64,000 bases of DNA from Candidatus Hydrothermales bacterium. Its GTDB lineage: Bacteria; Hydrothermota; Hydrothermia; Hydrothermales; JAJRUZ01. Made by a program: the position numbers and the translations under genes. The stretch is from the NCBI GenBank assembly GCA_039630575.1, contig JBCNUW010000007.1:7604-71603 (forward strand), in the 5' to 3' direction. Each line of letters begins with the position of its first letter. Position 1 is the stretch's first letter. Under the pieces are notes generated by a model, which saw nothing but the letters and a program-made list of their open reading frames with translations, was not told the origin of the DNA and did not search any database. This document shows, piece after piece, positions 1 to 9,759 of this stretch.

Positions 1-874
1 TCTCTACCTTTTCTTTTGGAACACCTTCAAAATCAAATGGGAAAGGAAAACCATCTTCAAAGAAGGGATCTTCATAAATTGTTAATTTATCGGAAAAAAC
101 TTTCTCACCCAATCTACCAACTAGGAAGTTTCTTTTTTCTTGATAGGTCTTAGCCGAAAAACCTATAAAAGAAGCAAATACAAAAATATCAGCAACAGCC
201 TCTGGTTCGAGAAAGACAACATATTCTCCCGGTTCAATCTGAATCTTATCAAAGGAATTAGCTGCTTTAAATTTTGCTTCCTCAGCAATTTTTTCAAAAT
301 CTATTTGCGAAAATCTTCTTGAATGTTCCTCAGCCCAACCAGTGGCAGTACCCTTCATTGCTGTAATAGTAACATGAGCATCCGAAACTTTTGAATAGGC
401 AGATAGACCTCTTGAAGAAAAGAGTGCAATTTCACTTCCACCTGTATTAATAACTCCATAACCTTCAAAATTTCCTAAAATTTTTGAAATTCTATAAACA
501 GCTAAAGCCCTTTCTTCCTCACTTACATTAAAGGTCATCTCATCAAAAGTAAAAATTTCTCTATAATTACTACCCTCAGGATATCCAGGATAATCAGAAG
601 GATAAGTGTCCTTAAGCATTTCATAAGTTTTATTCACAAGATTTTTAGCATCATCCAACTCAGGATTACTGAAAAATCTTGTTACTATACGATCTTTTTC
701 CTTTATGCTCACAGCAACTTCAGTATTTTCATAAGAGGTATTCTGATGAATTTTACTCTTCGAATACCTTGTTATTTCGTTTTTTTCATAAAGAAATATA
801 ACAAAAATCTCTTCACCTTTTTTATGACTAAGAATTTTTTTAAAAAAATCAAAATAAAAATCTTTTCCTTTCAT
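1..874 (-). CDS. TldD/PmbA-family metalloprotease/modulator, N-terminal part only (gene runs off window start)
   Basis: Absent from the ORF track because it leaves the window. Hand translation of the reverse strand from ATG 874..872 (GGGAGGA about 6 nt upstream) is stop-free to position 1. It reads MKGKDFYFDFFKKIL..ITRYSKSKIHQNTSYENTEVAVSI..FDFEGVPKEKVE. This resembles the TldD/PmbA pattern (TRFA-S-IHQN, FD-EGVP). It overlaps the pyrC 3' end by 26 nt. Confidence 0.6.
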   Translation of the reverse strand, partial: MKGKDFYFDFFKKILSHKKGEEIFVIFLYEKNEITRYSKSKIHQNTSYENTEVAVSIKEKDRIVTRFFSNPELDDAKNLVNKTYEMLKDTYPSDYPGYPEGSNYREIFTFDEMTFNVSEEERALAVYRISKILGNFEGYGVINTGGSEIALFSSRGLSAYSKVSDAHVTITAMKGTATGWAEEHSRRFSQIDFEKIAEEAKFKAANSFDKIQIEPGEYVVFLEPEAVADIFVFASFIGFSAKTYQEKRNFLVGRLGEKVFSDKLTIYEDPFFEDGFPFPFDFEGVPKEKVE

Positions 875-2159
875 AATTATCCTCCCTATAAGTTATTTTC
901 CCCTTTTTTATTGTATAAAGAACCTTTCCTTTTAGTTTATAACCTTTAAAAGGAGTATTTTTGCCCTTAGTAAAAAATTTATCTGGTTCACATATCCACT
1001 CTTTATCTAAATCCAAAATTGTTATATTAGCTAAAAAATTTTCCTTAATCCTTCCATAACCTTCAAGACCAAATATCTTAGCGGGATTATACGACATAAA
1101 CTTAACAATCTCCTTTAATTCTAAAATTTTAGTATGGTAAAAAAAGGTTAAAATAAGCGAAAGAGCAATCTCAATCCCAGATACACCTGGTGAGGAAATT
1201 TCAAACTCCCTTTCTTTATCAAAAATTTTGTGAGGAGCATGGTCTGTGGCAATAATATCTATTACTCCTTCCTTTAAACCCTCTATAAGTCTTATTCTAT
1301 CTTCCTCCTCTCTCAATGGGGGGTTTACTTTAAAATTTGAATCAAAATCAAAAAGAGCTTTTTCCGTTAAAATAAGATGATGAGGTGTTACTTCACAAGT
1401 TAAATTTAAACCCCTTTCTTTTGCATCCTTTACTATTTCTATACTCTCTTTTGCTGTTAAATGAGCTATATGAAGTTTACCTTTTGTTTTCTTTAAAAGT
1501 GTTATATCTCTTAGTATAGCGATAATTTCTCCTTCTCTTGGTCTTCCTTTAAGTCCTAATGAAAGTGTAAAAGGAGACTCGTTTGCAACTCCTCCTTCAC
1601 ATAAAAATTTTTCCTCAGCATGTTGTATAATAGGTTTGTCAAAATCTCTTGTATAATATAGCGCATTCTCCATAAGTTTGGTGTTTTGAAGATAATCACC
1701 ATCATCAGAAAAAGCTATAGCACCTTCCTCTATCATCTCATAAAAATTTGCTAATTCTTCTCCTTTTCTACCTTTTGTTATTGCTCCAACTGGGAAAACT
1801 TCACAGAAGTCATAAGATTTTGCCTTCTCCTTAACATATTTAATAACTGCTCCTTTATCCATACATGGGTCAGTGTTAGGCATGGCAAAAACAGCAACAT
1901 AACCTCCTTTACTGGCTGCCCTTGTTCCTGTTTCTATTGTCTCACTATCTTCATAACCTGGCTCTCTCAAATGAGTATGCACATCAACAAGACCAGGTAT
2001 TGCATATAAATTATTAGCTTCTATAATTTCTACATTTTCCCTTTTTATATTCCTTTCTATACACTTTATCCTTTCATTTTCAATGAGAATATCATAATTT
2101 TCTTTTAATCCTTCCTCAGGATCTACTATATTAACATTTTTAATTAAAATCTCACTCAA
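849..2159 (-). CDS. pyrC: Dihydroorotase (class I amidohydrolase)
   Basis: 436 aa. Has PGLVDVHTHLREPGYEDSETIETGTRAASKGGYVAVFAMPNT and ATDHAPH motifs typical of dihydroorotase. TTG start 1 nt after the ribH stop. Confidence 0.85.
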   Translation of the reverse strand: MSEILIKNVNIVDPEEGLKENYDILIENERIKCIERNIKRENVEIIEANNLYAIPGLVDVHTHLREPGYEDSETIETGTRAASKGGYVAVFAMPNTDPCMDKGAVIKYVKEKAKSYDFCEVFPVGAITKGRKGEELANFYEMIEEGAIAFSDDGDYLQNTKLMENALYYTRDFDKPIIQHAEEKFLCEGGVANESPFTLSLGLKGRPREGEIIAILRDITLLKKTKGKLHIAHLTAKESIEIVKDAKERGLNLTCEVTPHHLILTEKALFDFDSNFKVNPPLREEEDRIRLIEGLKEGVIDIIATDHAPHKIFDKEREFEISSPGVSGIEIALSLILTFFYHTKILELKEIVKFMSYNPAKIFGLEGYGRIKENFLANITILDLDKEWICEPDKFFTKGKNTPFKGYKLKGKVLYTIKKGKITYREDNYERKRFLF

Positions 2160-2160
2160 C

Positions 2161-2640
2161 TTATAACTCTTTTATTTTATCCTTAAGCCGCAAAAGCTCA
2201 AGCATTGTAGCAGCAGCATTTTCACCTCTATTTCCCAGTTTTCCACCAGACCTTTCAATCCCTTGAAGAGTATCAGAAAGTGTTATTATTGCCATTCCAA
2301 GAGGTATTTCCTTCTCCTTTGCTATTTCTATTACATTTTTAATACTTTCTCTTGCTACATGGGTATGATGCTCTGTCTCTCCTTCCACAATAGCTCCAAT
2401 AACCAAAAAAGCGTTATATCTTTCTGGAAATTTATTCTTTAAGAAAGAAAAGGCACTAACTATTTCTAAAGAACCAGGAACAATAAAAACATCAATTTGA
2501 TCTTCTTCAGCACCACATCTTTTGAGAAACTCCCTCGCTCCTCTTAACATTTCAAATGTAATATGAGAATGAAACCTTGAAACAATTATACAGAATTTAT
2601 CATTTTTATTAACCTTTAAATTTCCGTAAATTTCAGCCAT
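2161..2640 (-). CDS. ribH: 6,7-dimethyl-8-ribityllumazine synthase
   Basis: 159 aa. FCIIVSRFHSHITFEMLRGA..VPGSLEIV..VIGAIVEGETEHHTHV matches the lumazine synthase core. Adjacent to ribBA. Confidence 0.9.
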   Translation of the reverse strand: MAEIYGNLKVNKNDKFCIIVSRFHSHITFEMLRGAREFLKRCGAEEDQIDVFIVPGSLEIVSAFSFLKNKFPERYNAFLVIGAIVEGETEHHTHVARESIKNVIEIAKEKEIPLGMAIITLSDTLQGIERSGGKLGNRGENAAATMLELLRLKDKIKEL

Positions 2641-3872
2641 TAAAGTTTTCTCCCTTCTTTTTGAATTTTTTCAAGAAAATGTCCCATTTTCTCTTTCTTA
2701 ATTTTTAAATACTCCTTATTGTTCTCATTAGGTTCAACCTCTATTGGAATTCTCTCTAATATCTCTATACCATAACCTTGTAAACCAACGATCTTCGAAG
2801 GATTATTGGTCAAAAGTCTTATTTTTTTAAGATTAAGATCAAGTAAAATTTGAGCACCAATACCATAATCTCTCAGATCAGGGGGAAAACCAATCGCTTC
2901 ATTTGCTTCAACTGTATTTAAACCTTTTTCCTGAAGCTCATAAGTTTTCAATTTATTTAAAAGTCCTATTCCTCTCCCCTCCTGCCTCATATAAACGAGA
3001 ACTCCCTCCCCTTCCTCTTTTATCATTTCTAAAGCTCTTTCTAACTGTTCACCACAATCACATCTGAGTGAGTGCAAAATATCACCAGTAATACATTGTG
3101 AATGAACCCTAACTAAAACATTATCTTTACCCTCAGGCTCTCCCATAAGTAACACGAGATGAACATCCTCTTCAACTATATCCTCATAGGCATATAATCT
3201 AAAATTTCCAAACTTAGTGGGTAAAAATATATTTGATACTCTCTTTACTAGCCTTTCTCTTTTTAATCTGTATCTTATCAAATCTTCTATTGTGATAATC
3301 TTTAGGTTAAATCTTTCAGCCAATTCAAAAAGCTTAGGTAATCTAGCCATTGTACCGTCATCATCCATTATTTCACAGAGCACTCCTGCCGGATATAAAC
3401 CAGCTAGTCTTGCAAGGTCCACAGCTGCTTCAGTGTGTCCAGCTCTTCTTAAAACACCCGCATCCTGAGATCTTAAAACATGAACATGCCCAGGTATAGC
3501 AAGATCTTCATGAACGGAATTGGGATCTATCGCTACTTTTATAGTTCTTGCCCTATCAAAAGCAGATGAACCTGTTGTTATACCCTTTCTTGCATCAATT
3601 GGAGCAACAAAAGGAGTCCCCATCTTTGAGGTATTTATATGAGCAAAATCAGGTATCCTTAACTCCTCTATTCTTTTCTTTGTAAGAGAAAGACATATCA
3701 AACCCCTGGCATAGGTTGCCATAAAGTTTATATGCTCGGGTGTTACTTTTTCAGCAGCAATAACCATATCACCTTCATTTTCCCTGTCCATATCATCGAC
3801 AACTATCACTATTTTTCCTTCTCTTATATCCTCAAGTGCCTCTTCAATACTTGAGAATTTGTATTCCTTCAT
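2640..3872 (-). CDS. ribBA: Bifunctional 3,4-dihydroxy-2-butanone-4-phosphate synthase / GTP cyclohydrolase II
   Basis: 410 aa. The DHBP synthase part has DRENEGD and GHTEAAVDLARLAG. The GCH-II part has RVHSQCITGDILHSLRCDCG and YMRQEGRGIGL. GGAGG RBS upstream. Confidence 0.92.
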   Translation of the reverse strand: MKEYKFSSIEEALEDIREGKIVIVVDDMDRENEGDMVIAAEKVTPEHINFMATYARGLICLSLTKKRIEELRIPDFAHINTSKMGTPFVAPIDARKGITTGSSAFDRARTIKVAIDPNSVHEDLAIPGHVHVLRSQDAGVLRRAGHTEAAVDLARLAGLYPAGVLCEIMDDDGTMARLPKLFELAERFNLKIITIEDLIRYRLKRERLVKRVSNIFLPTKFGNFRLYAYEDIVEEDVHLVLLMGEPEGKDNVLVRVHSQCITGDILHSLRCDCGEQLERALEMIKEEGEGVLVYMRQEGRGIGLLNKLKTYELQEKGLNTVEANEAIGFPPDLRDYGIGAQILLDLNLKKIRLLTNNPSKIVGLQGYGIEILERIPIEVEPNENNKEYLKIKKEKMGHFLEKIQKEGRKL

Positions 3873-3953
3873 TAATTCTTCCTCCTTTGGTCATTTTATA
3901 AAATATATTATAAAAATTTTGTAAACCTCTTATCAATATCTTATAATCTTTAT

Positions 3954-5084
3954 ATGGCACATGCTTATACGCCTGGATTAAAAGTATCTGAAAAAACTTT
4001 AATTTTAAAAGAAAGGAGACTTCCCCTTAAAGGTCAAGTTATTGTTAAAAAGGGTGAATATGTTAAAGCTGAAGATGTTGTAGCAAGAACACTTTTACCC
4101 GGTAACGTTCATCCACTCAATGTAGCTGGACTACTTGGAGTCTCGCCTACTGACCTCCCAAATTTGATGCTAAAAAAAGAAGGACAAGAAGTTAAAAAAG
4201 ATGAAATCATTGCATTAAGTAAAGGCTTCTTTGGACTTTTTAAAACTGAAGTAAAATCTCCTGTTGATGGAAAAATAGAACAAATATCACTTGTTACAGG
4301 TCAAGTTATAATAAGAGAACCTCCTATACCAGTTGAGGTAAAAGCTTACTTTGACGGTATTGTAGAAGAAATTATTCCTGAAGAAGGAGTAATCATGAAA
4401 TCAACCGCCACATTCATTCAAGGTATCTTTGGAGTAGGTGGTGAAAAAATTGGAAAATTAAAAGTGCTTGTTGACTCACCTGATGAAGAACTAAAACTTG
4501 ATAAACTTGAAAAAATAAAGGAAAACTCCGAAAGTTTAATTGTCGTAGGTGGAAGTTTTGTAACCGCAGAAGTTCTAAAAAAGCTTGAAGAATTTAATGT
4601 AGTAGGGTGCGTTGTCGGTGGAATGGATGATGAAAACTTAAGGAAATTTCTTGGATATGACATAGGAGTTGCAATTACCGGATCAGAACCACTTAAGATA
4701 ACCCTAATTCTAACTGAAGGATTTGGTAAACTTGAAATGGCAAGAAGAACTTTCGAGCTTCTTAAAAAAAGAGAAGGAGAAAAATGCTCGATAAATGGAG
4801 CTACACAAATAAGGGCAGGTGTTATAAGACCAGAAATAATTATACCCTATAAGGAAATTCAAGAAGTAAAGGAAGAAGATTCCCTAAAGGAGGGTCTTAT
4901 AGAAGGAACAATAGTTAGAATAATTAGGGATCCATATTTTGGTGAAATTGGAAAAGTGGTAGCTCTTCCTCCGGAACTTAGAGTTATCAATACAGAGTCT
5001 AAAGTTAGAATTTTAGAAATAGAACTTAAAGATGGTAAACGAGTAATTGTTCCAAGAGCAAATGTAGAGATAATTGAAGCATAA
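3954..5084 (+). CDS. Conserved hypothetical protein with lipoyl/biotinyl-like barrel-sandwich segments
   Basis: 376-aa ORF, MAHAYTPGLKV... Two segments look like hybrid-barrel halves: KGQVIVKKGEYVKAEDVVA and VKSPVDGKIEQISLVTGQVII. The C-terminal alpha/beta part has TEGFG..INGATQIRAGVIRPEIIIP. I do not recognise a named family. Confidence 0.5.
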   Translation: MAHAYTPGLKVSEKTLILKERRLPLKGQVIVKKGEYVKAEDVVARTLLPGNVHPLNVAGLLGVSPTDLPNLMLKKEGQEVKKDEIIALSKGFFGLFKTEVKSPVDGKIEQISLVTGQVIIREPPIPVEVKAYFDGIVEEIIPEEGVIMKSTATFIQGIFGVGGEKIGKLKVLVDSPDEELKLDKLEKIKENSESLIVVGGSFVTAEVLKKLEEFNVVGCVVGGMDDENLRKFLGYDIGVAITGSEPLKITLILTEGFGKLEMARRTFELLKKREGEKCSINGATQIRAGVIRPEIIIPYKEIQEVKEEDSLKEGLIEGTIVRIIRDPYFGEIGKVVALPPELRVINTESKVRILEIELKDGKRVIVPRANVEIIEA

Positions 5085-5086
5085 AA

Positions 5087-5713
5087 ATGCTTGAAAATAG
5101 CTATGAAAAGGAATTTTTAGAAGGAGAGGTAATTTTTAGTGAGGGTGAAAAAGGAGATGAAATATATCTAATAAAAAAAGGTAAAGTAAGAATTTTTAAA
5201 AGATTTGAAGAAAGTGAAAAAACTTTGGCAATATTGAAAGAAGGTGACATCTTCGGTGAGATTGCTCCATTGGATGGTAAACCGAGAAGTGCTACAGCTG
5301 TGGCCTTAGAAAATACAGTAGTAGAAGTTTTAGATAAGGAAAGTATTTTAAACATAATAAACTCACATCCCATCGTTAAGTATCTTATAAATACACTGGC
5401 GGAAAGATTAAGAAAAGCAGATGAGCAAATAAAACTTTTAACCATAAAGCATGAAGAACAAAGATTTTTAACATATCTATTAATCAGATATAGAGAAGGG
5501 CAAAAAAAGGAAATTGATTTAAATGAAATAGAGTATTTTACAGGTATTGAAAATGATCAATTGCAAAGTTACATAAAGGATCTAGAAAGCAGAGGACTTA
5601 TTTCTTTTAAAGATAATAAACTTTATATCTTAAAAGAGGAAGAAATTGAAGAGTACAGAAAATATATCTTTTTAAAAGAAAAATTTGAAAGAAACAGGAA
5701 AGAAAGAACGTGA
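5087..5713 (+). CDS. Crp/Fnr-family regulator (cyclic-nucleotide-binding domain plus C-terminal winged HTH-like part)
   Basis: 208 aa. The cNMP-binding beta-roll is [47 protein letters not shown]. Lies 2 nt after the previous gene and overlaps the prfA start by 4 nt. Confidence 0.75.
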   Translation: MLENSYEKEFLEGEVIFSEGEKGDEIYLIKKGKVRIFKRFEESEKTLAILKEGDIFGEIAPLDGKPRSATAVALENTVVEVLDKESILNIINSHPIVKYLINTLAERLRKADEQIKLLTIKHEEQRFLTYLLIRYREGQKKEIDLNEIEYFTGIENDQLQSYIKDLESRGLISFKDNKLYILKEEEIEEYRKYIFLKEKFERNRKERT

Positions 5714-6762
5714 AGGAGAATCTATTAGAAATTATAAAGAAAAAAGAAGAAATTGAAAGAGAACTTTCAAAACTTGAAAATATTAAAGATAAAAGGAAAC
5801 TTACTGAGTTAAAAAAAGAGTATAAAAAGATAAAGGAAAAAGCTGAAATTGCTGAAAAAATTTTCATTTTAGAGAAAGAAATCGAAGAAATTGAAAGTAT
5901 GATAAAAAATGAAAAGGATGATGAAATGAAAAAATACTTAGAAGAAGAGAAAGAAAAAAAATTAGGTGAAAAAAAAGAGCTTCTATTTTTATTTTTAAAT
6001 ACAGAAAGTAACGGTAAAGGAAATAACTGTATACTTGAAATAAGAGCAGGAGCAGGAGGAGAGGAAGCAGCACTTTTTGCTAGAGATCTTCTTAGAATGT
6101 ATATAAAATTTTGCGAAAGAAAGGGTTTTAAATGCTCTATCACAGACATAAGAGAAAGTGATTTAGGAGGCGTGAAGGAGGCAGTGTTGTTAATAGAAGG
6201 AAAAGGAGCTTATAAGATGCTTAAATATGAAAGTGGTGTCCATAGAGTCCAAAGAATTCCTGTTACAGAAGCAAGTGGTAGAATACATACTTCAACAGCA
6301 TCAATTGCTGTTTTACCTGAAGTTGAGGATGTTGAAATAGAAATAAAACCTGAAGATATTGAAATAGAAACAAAGAGAGCAAGTGGTCCTGGAGGCCAAC
6401 ATTTACAAAAAACGGACTCAGCAGTAAGGATAAAACATATACCAACGGGAATTGTTGTACAATGTCAAGATGAGCGGTCCCAACATAGAAATAAAGAAAA
6501 GGCATTAAGAATTCTCAAATTAAAACTCTATGAATATGAAAGACAAAAAAAGGAAAAGGAAATAAGAGAATTAAGAAGAGAACAAATCGGAACCCAAGAT
6601 AGAAGTGAAAAGATAAGAACGTACAACTTTTTGCAGAATAGAGTTACTGATCACAGGATACCACTTACTATATATAACCTTGAAGATGTTTTAGATGGAA
6701 ACATAGATACTTTTATTGAGGAGCTTAGTAAAAAGGAAATAAAAGAATCATTGGAGTATTGA
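5710..6762 (+). CDS. prfA: Peptide chain release factor 1
   Basis: 350 aa. GGQ motif in [25 protein letters not shown]1-type PxT tripeptide in [17 protein letters not shown] start overlaps the upstream stop. Confidence 0.92.
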   Translation: MKENLLEIIKKKEEIERELSKLENIKDKRKLTELKKEYKKIKEKAEIAEKIFILEKEIEEIESMIKNEKDDEMKKYLEEEKEKKLGEKKELLFLFLNTESNGKGNNCILEIRAGAGGEEAALFARDLLRMYIKFCERKGFKCSITDIRESDLGGVKEAVLLIEGKGAYKMLKYESGVHRVQRIPVTEASGRIHTSTASIAVLPEVEDVEIEIKPEDIEIETKRASGPGGQHLQKTDSAVRIKHIPTGIVVQCQDERSQHRNKEKALRILKLKLYEYERQKKEKEIRELRREQIGTQDRSEKIRTYNFLQNRVTDHRIPLTIYNLEDVLDGNIDTFIEELSKKEIKESLEY

Positions 6763-6795
6763 ATCTGTTTAAAAAATAAATTAAAATATAAAAAG

Positions 6796-6867
6796 GGCGG
6801 CGTGGCCGAGTGGCATAGGCAGCGGTTTGCAAAACCGCTTACCTCGGTTCAATTCCGGGCGCCGCCT
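6796..6867 (+). tRNA. tRNA-Cys (anticodon GCA)
   Basis: Hand-folded cloverleaf. Acceptor GGCGGCG/CGCCGCC. Anticodon arm GCGGT-TTGCAAA-ACCGC. T arm CTCGG-TTCAATT-CCGGG. Discriminator U. No encoded CCA. 72 nt, and strongly GC-rich against the AT-rich background. Confidence 0.9.
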
Positions 6868-6880
6868 TTTTACATTCCCC

Positions 6881-8182
6881 TTGAAAGATCTCGATATCCT
6901 CCTTAAAAATCCTCTTATTATACAAAATAAAGAAAAATTCATTGATAAAGGATTTCTTGGAATAAAAAATGGCCTTATAACTTTAGTCTCTGAAAAAGAA
7001 CCAAACTTAAATGCTAAAGAAATTGTAGATTTAAGTAATAAAATTGTATCTCCCGGATTTTTCAATACCCACACCCATATCCCGATGACCCTTTTAAGAG
7101 GTTTTGCCGATGATTTACCACTAATGGAATGGCTCACAAAATACATATGGCCCCTTGAATCAAAACTACTCTCACCAGAATATGTAAAAGCAGGAACTTA
7201 TATTGGGCTAATCGAAATGATTAAATCAGGAACAATTGGCTTTGCTGACATGTACTTTTTTGAAGAAGAAGTAGCAGAAATTGTAGAGGAAACACAAATT
7301 TATGCTCTCTTATCTGTAGGAATACTTGACTTTGAAACACCTTACTATAAAAATTCAAAGGAAGCAATTAAAAAAACAGAGAAATTAATAGAAAAATATA
7401 TCAAAAATGAAAGAATAAAAGTAATTCCTGGACCCCATGCAATTTACTCATGCTCTAAGGAAACAATAATTGAGTGTGTAAATCTTGCAAAAAAATACAA
7501 CCTACCAATACATACCCATATTTCAGAAACAAAGGGAGAATTAGAGGAAGCCATCAAAAAATTTGGGAAAACACCAGTTTTTTACCTCAAGGATTTAGGT
7601 CTATTCGATTTAAAAGTAATCGCAGCCCACTGTGTATATCTAACAGAAGATGAAATGAACCTCCTGAAAGATAAAGAATTTTATGTATCTCACAACATAT
7701 CAAGTAATCTTAAACTTGCCTCTGGGATTGCACCTATAAAAAAATACATTGAAAAAGGATTAAAAATAACTATTGGGACAGACAGTGCATCCTCAAATAA
7801 CAATTTAGATATTTTAAGAGAAATGAAACTTGTATCTTTAATACATAAGGGAATAAATCTTGATCCCTTAATACTAAGCGCAAGAGAAGTTTTTAATATG
7901 GCAACAAAAATGGGAGCTTTAGCTTTGGGTTTTGAATCAGGTGAACTTCTTGAGGGAAAACCAGCTGATCTTGTTATATTCAACCCCCAAAAGGAAGGAA
8001 CAATTCCCTTTTATGACCCCTATTCTTATATTGTCTATGCTGCTGGTAAAGAAAGTATTGAAAGTGTTATGGTAAATGGAAAATGGATAATGAAAAACGG
8101 TGAATTTAAAACGATTGATACAGAAAAAATATTTGAAGAAACTTTTTACTGGAAAAATAAAATAAAAAATTTATTTACCTAA
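6881..8182 (+). CDS. mtaD: Amidohydrolase, 5-methylthioadenosine/S-adenosylhomocysteine deaminase-like
   Basis: SPGFFNTHTHIPMTLLRGFADDLPLMEWL, HISET and GTDSASSNN motifs. The ORF track starts at 6827 inside tRNA-Cys. The first plausible start after the tRNA is in-frame TTG 6881 (MKDLDILLKNP..). The start is uncertain and no clear RBS is present. Confidence 0.7.
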   Translation: MKDLDILLKNPLIIQNKEKFIDKGFLGIKNGLITLVSEKEPNLNAKEIVDLSNKIVSPGFFNTHTHIPMTLLRGFADDLPLMEWLTKYIWPLESKLLSPEYVKAGTYIGLIEMIKSGTIGFADMYFFEEEVAEIVEETQIYALLSVGILDFETPYYKNSKEAIKKTEKLIEKYIKNERIKVIPGPHAIYSCSKETIIECVNLAKKYNLPIHTHISETKGELEEAIKKFGKTPVFYLKDLGLFDLKVIAAHCVYLTEDEMNLLKDKEFYVSHNISSNLKLASGIAPIKKYIEKGLKITIGTDSASSNNNLDILREMKLVSLIHKGINLDPLILSAREVFNMATKMGALALGFESGELLEGKPADLVIFNPQKEGTIPFYDPYSYIVYAAGKESIESVMVNGKWIMKNGEFKTIDTEKIFEETFYWKNKIKNLFT

Positions 8183-9125
8183 AAAATCTTTGAATTTTTA
8201 GTTTATTTAAATACTTAATTATTTTATCCTTTCTATACCATCGACTCCTGTTAAGGAAAAACTCAGCTTCCTTTAGTAACTCTTTTGCCTTTTCTCTATT
8301 TTTGTTTAAAACATAATAACACTCAGATAAATAGAGACGTACAATACCCTTGTTGTAATCTGAATTTTGATTGTCTACTATTGGTAAAAGTTTTAGATAA
8401 ATTTCCTCTGCCTTTTGAAAATATCCGCTTCTTCTATAAGCATTCCCTAATGCAAAAAGGGTTCGGCGAGTCTCCCCGAACTCCTTATAAAACTTTTCAG
8501 CCCACTTTATTGCACTATCTCTCATCTTTTCCCTTAAAAGAATCTCTATCAAGGCGTCGTAGGAATTAGCCTTCATAAAAATACCTTTTGATATTGAATA
8601 CTTTATCTCTCCTATACCTTGTTCCCTCCTATCACCCTTTATAAAAGTTTTCCCAACATACTTCTGTAAAATACTCGCTCCATAATTGTAAATACCTAAA
8701 GCAAGATAAGCATCAGGATATCTCTTAAACTTTTTAATTATGTTATAAGCTTTAAAACCATTTGTTAAAGCTTCAAGATAATTCTCTTTTATCCCCTCAA
8801 ACATTGCGGAATAAGCAATCAAAACTCCTTTTAAAAACTCTATATCTTTAGAATTATCTTTAACTCTATCGCAAAGATAAATTCCCTTCTCTATGCTTTC
8901 AAGAAACTTTTCCTCAGAGTCTGGTTCATAAAAATCAAGAAAATAATCAAAATACCTTACAGTTTTTATAGTATACAAAAGAGGATGGTCCTTATATTTA
9001 GAAAAATAATTCCTTTCAAGCTCTATGACCTCCTTATAGTTTTCTTTCCATAAAGAGTTTAAATAAAATTCTATCTTTTGCCTTTCTTTCTCTAAAATTA
9101 CTAAGAATAAAAAAATTGTTGCCAT
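8175..9125 (-). CDS. TPR-repeat-like hypothetical protein
   Basis: 316 aa. Helical repeats of TPR character: LALGIYNYGA, LFALGNAYRRSGYFQKAEEIYLKLL, VRLYLSECYYVLNKNREKAKELL. Start overlaps the dcd stop by 1 nt. Confidence 0.5.
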   Translation of the reverse strand: MATIFLFLVILEKERQKIEFYLNSLWKENYKEVIELERNYFSKYKDHPLLYTIKTVRYFDYFLDFYEPDSEEKFLESIEKGIYLCDRVKDNSKDIEFLKGVLIAYSAMFEGIKENYLEALTNGFKAYNIIKKFKRYPDAYLALGIYNYGASILQKYVGKTFIKGDRREQGIGEIKYSISKGIFMKANSYDALIEILLREKMRDSAIKWAEKFYKEFGETRRTLFALGNAYRRSGYFQKAEEIYLKLLPIVDNQNSDYNKGIVRLYLSECYYVLNKNREKAKELLKEAEFFLNRSRWYRKDKIIKYLNKLKIQRFFR

Positions 9126-9679
9126 TAAATCCTTGGAAGAACTATACCTTTCTGTTCTTGATACTTTCCTTTTCTATCTTTATATGAAACCATACAAACT
9201 TCATCTCCCTCAATAAATATAACCTGTGCTATACCCTCATTTGCGTATATCTTAGCAGGAAGTGGTGTAGTATTAGAAATTTCGATTGTTATATAACCTT
9301 CCCACTCAGGTTCAAGAGGCGTTATATTTATAACTATTCCACATCTTGCATAGGTAGATTTACCGAGACATATACCAAGCACATTCCTTGGAATTCTAAA
9401 ATACTCAACACTTTTTCCAAGAGCAAAAGAATTCGGTGGAATAATACACTCCTCACCCTTAAATTCCACAAAAGATCTTAGATCAAAATTTTTCGGATCA
9501 ACTAAAGTAGAAAAAACATTCGTAAAAATCTTAAATTCATCAGCAATCCTCACATCATAACCATAAGAAGAAACTCCGTATGATATAACATTCTCTGTAA
9601 CAAGACTCTCAGCAAAAGGTTCAATCATCTTAAACTCTTTTGCCATCTTTTTTATCCACTTGTCGTTTTTGATACCCAT
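9125..9679 (-). CDS. dcd: dCTP deaminase
   Basis: 184 aa. [12 protein letters not shown].., [28 protein letters not shown] and [13 protein letters not shown] match the dCTP deaminase/dUTPase fold. Confidence 0.85.
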   Translation of the reverse strand: MGIKNDKWIKKMAKEFKMIEPFAESLVTENVISYGVSSYGYDVRIADEFKIFTNVFSTLVDPKNFDLRSFVEFKGEECIIPPNSFALGKSVEYFRIPRNVLGICLGKSTYARCGIVINITPLEPEWEGYITIEISNTTPLPAKIYANEGIAQVIFIEGDEVCMVSYKDRKGKYQEQKGIVLPRI

Positions 9680-9689
9680 ATTTTTTTAT

Positions 9690-9737
9690 TTTTAATAAAA
9701 ATGGGGAAGAAGGATCTACTCTTAACCCCTCTTCCCC
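9690..9737 (-). terminator. Rho-independent terminator downstream of the 9760..10884 gene
   Basis: GGGGAAGA (9703-9710) pairs with TCTTCCCC (9730-9737), plus 2 further G-C pairs after a 1-nt bulge. The loop is about 14 nt. On the minus strand the stem is followed by AUUUUUAUU. It lies 23 nt past the stop codon. Confidence 0.65.
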
Positions 9738-9759
9738 AACTTTAAATAAAAGCTTTAGT

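Noticed and set aside
3873-3953. I looked for an FMN riboswitch upstream of ribBA-ribH. I also looked for a glycine riboswitch upstream of gcvH (56938-57036) and a T-box upstream of cysS (13201-13264).
   Set aside because: The leaders are only 81, 99 and about 64 nt long and very AT-rich. They lack the conserved GC-rich cores, so they are too short for these elements.
5607-6149. 180-aa ORF antisense to the Crp-like gene and prfA. Similar antisense ORFs occur at 5101-5445, 5864-6073, 22343-22870, 27448-27954, 28285-29076, 29343-29715, 53581-53913 and 54787-55154.
   Set aside because: The sequences are low-complexity F/L/S-rich. They are the mirror image of K/E-rich sense genes that carry clear family motifs. 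They have no RBS and no recognisable domains, so they are frame artefacts of AT-rich DNA.
5710-6762. RF1 carries PVT rather than the textbook PAT tripeptide.
   Set aside because: The recognised RF1 determinant is P-x-T, and Val at the middle position is a known natural variant. TGA and TAA/TAG are all used as stops in this window, so nothing suggests recoding.
6781-7146. 121-aa minus-strand ORF, and the 6827-6880 N-terminal extension of the amidohydrolase ORF.
   Set aside because: Both run through the well-folded tRNA-Cys (6796-6867). The extension peptide (MQNRLPRFNSGRRLFTFP) is simply the tRNA read as codons.
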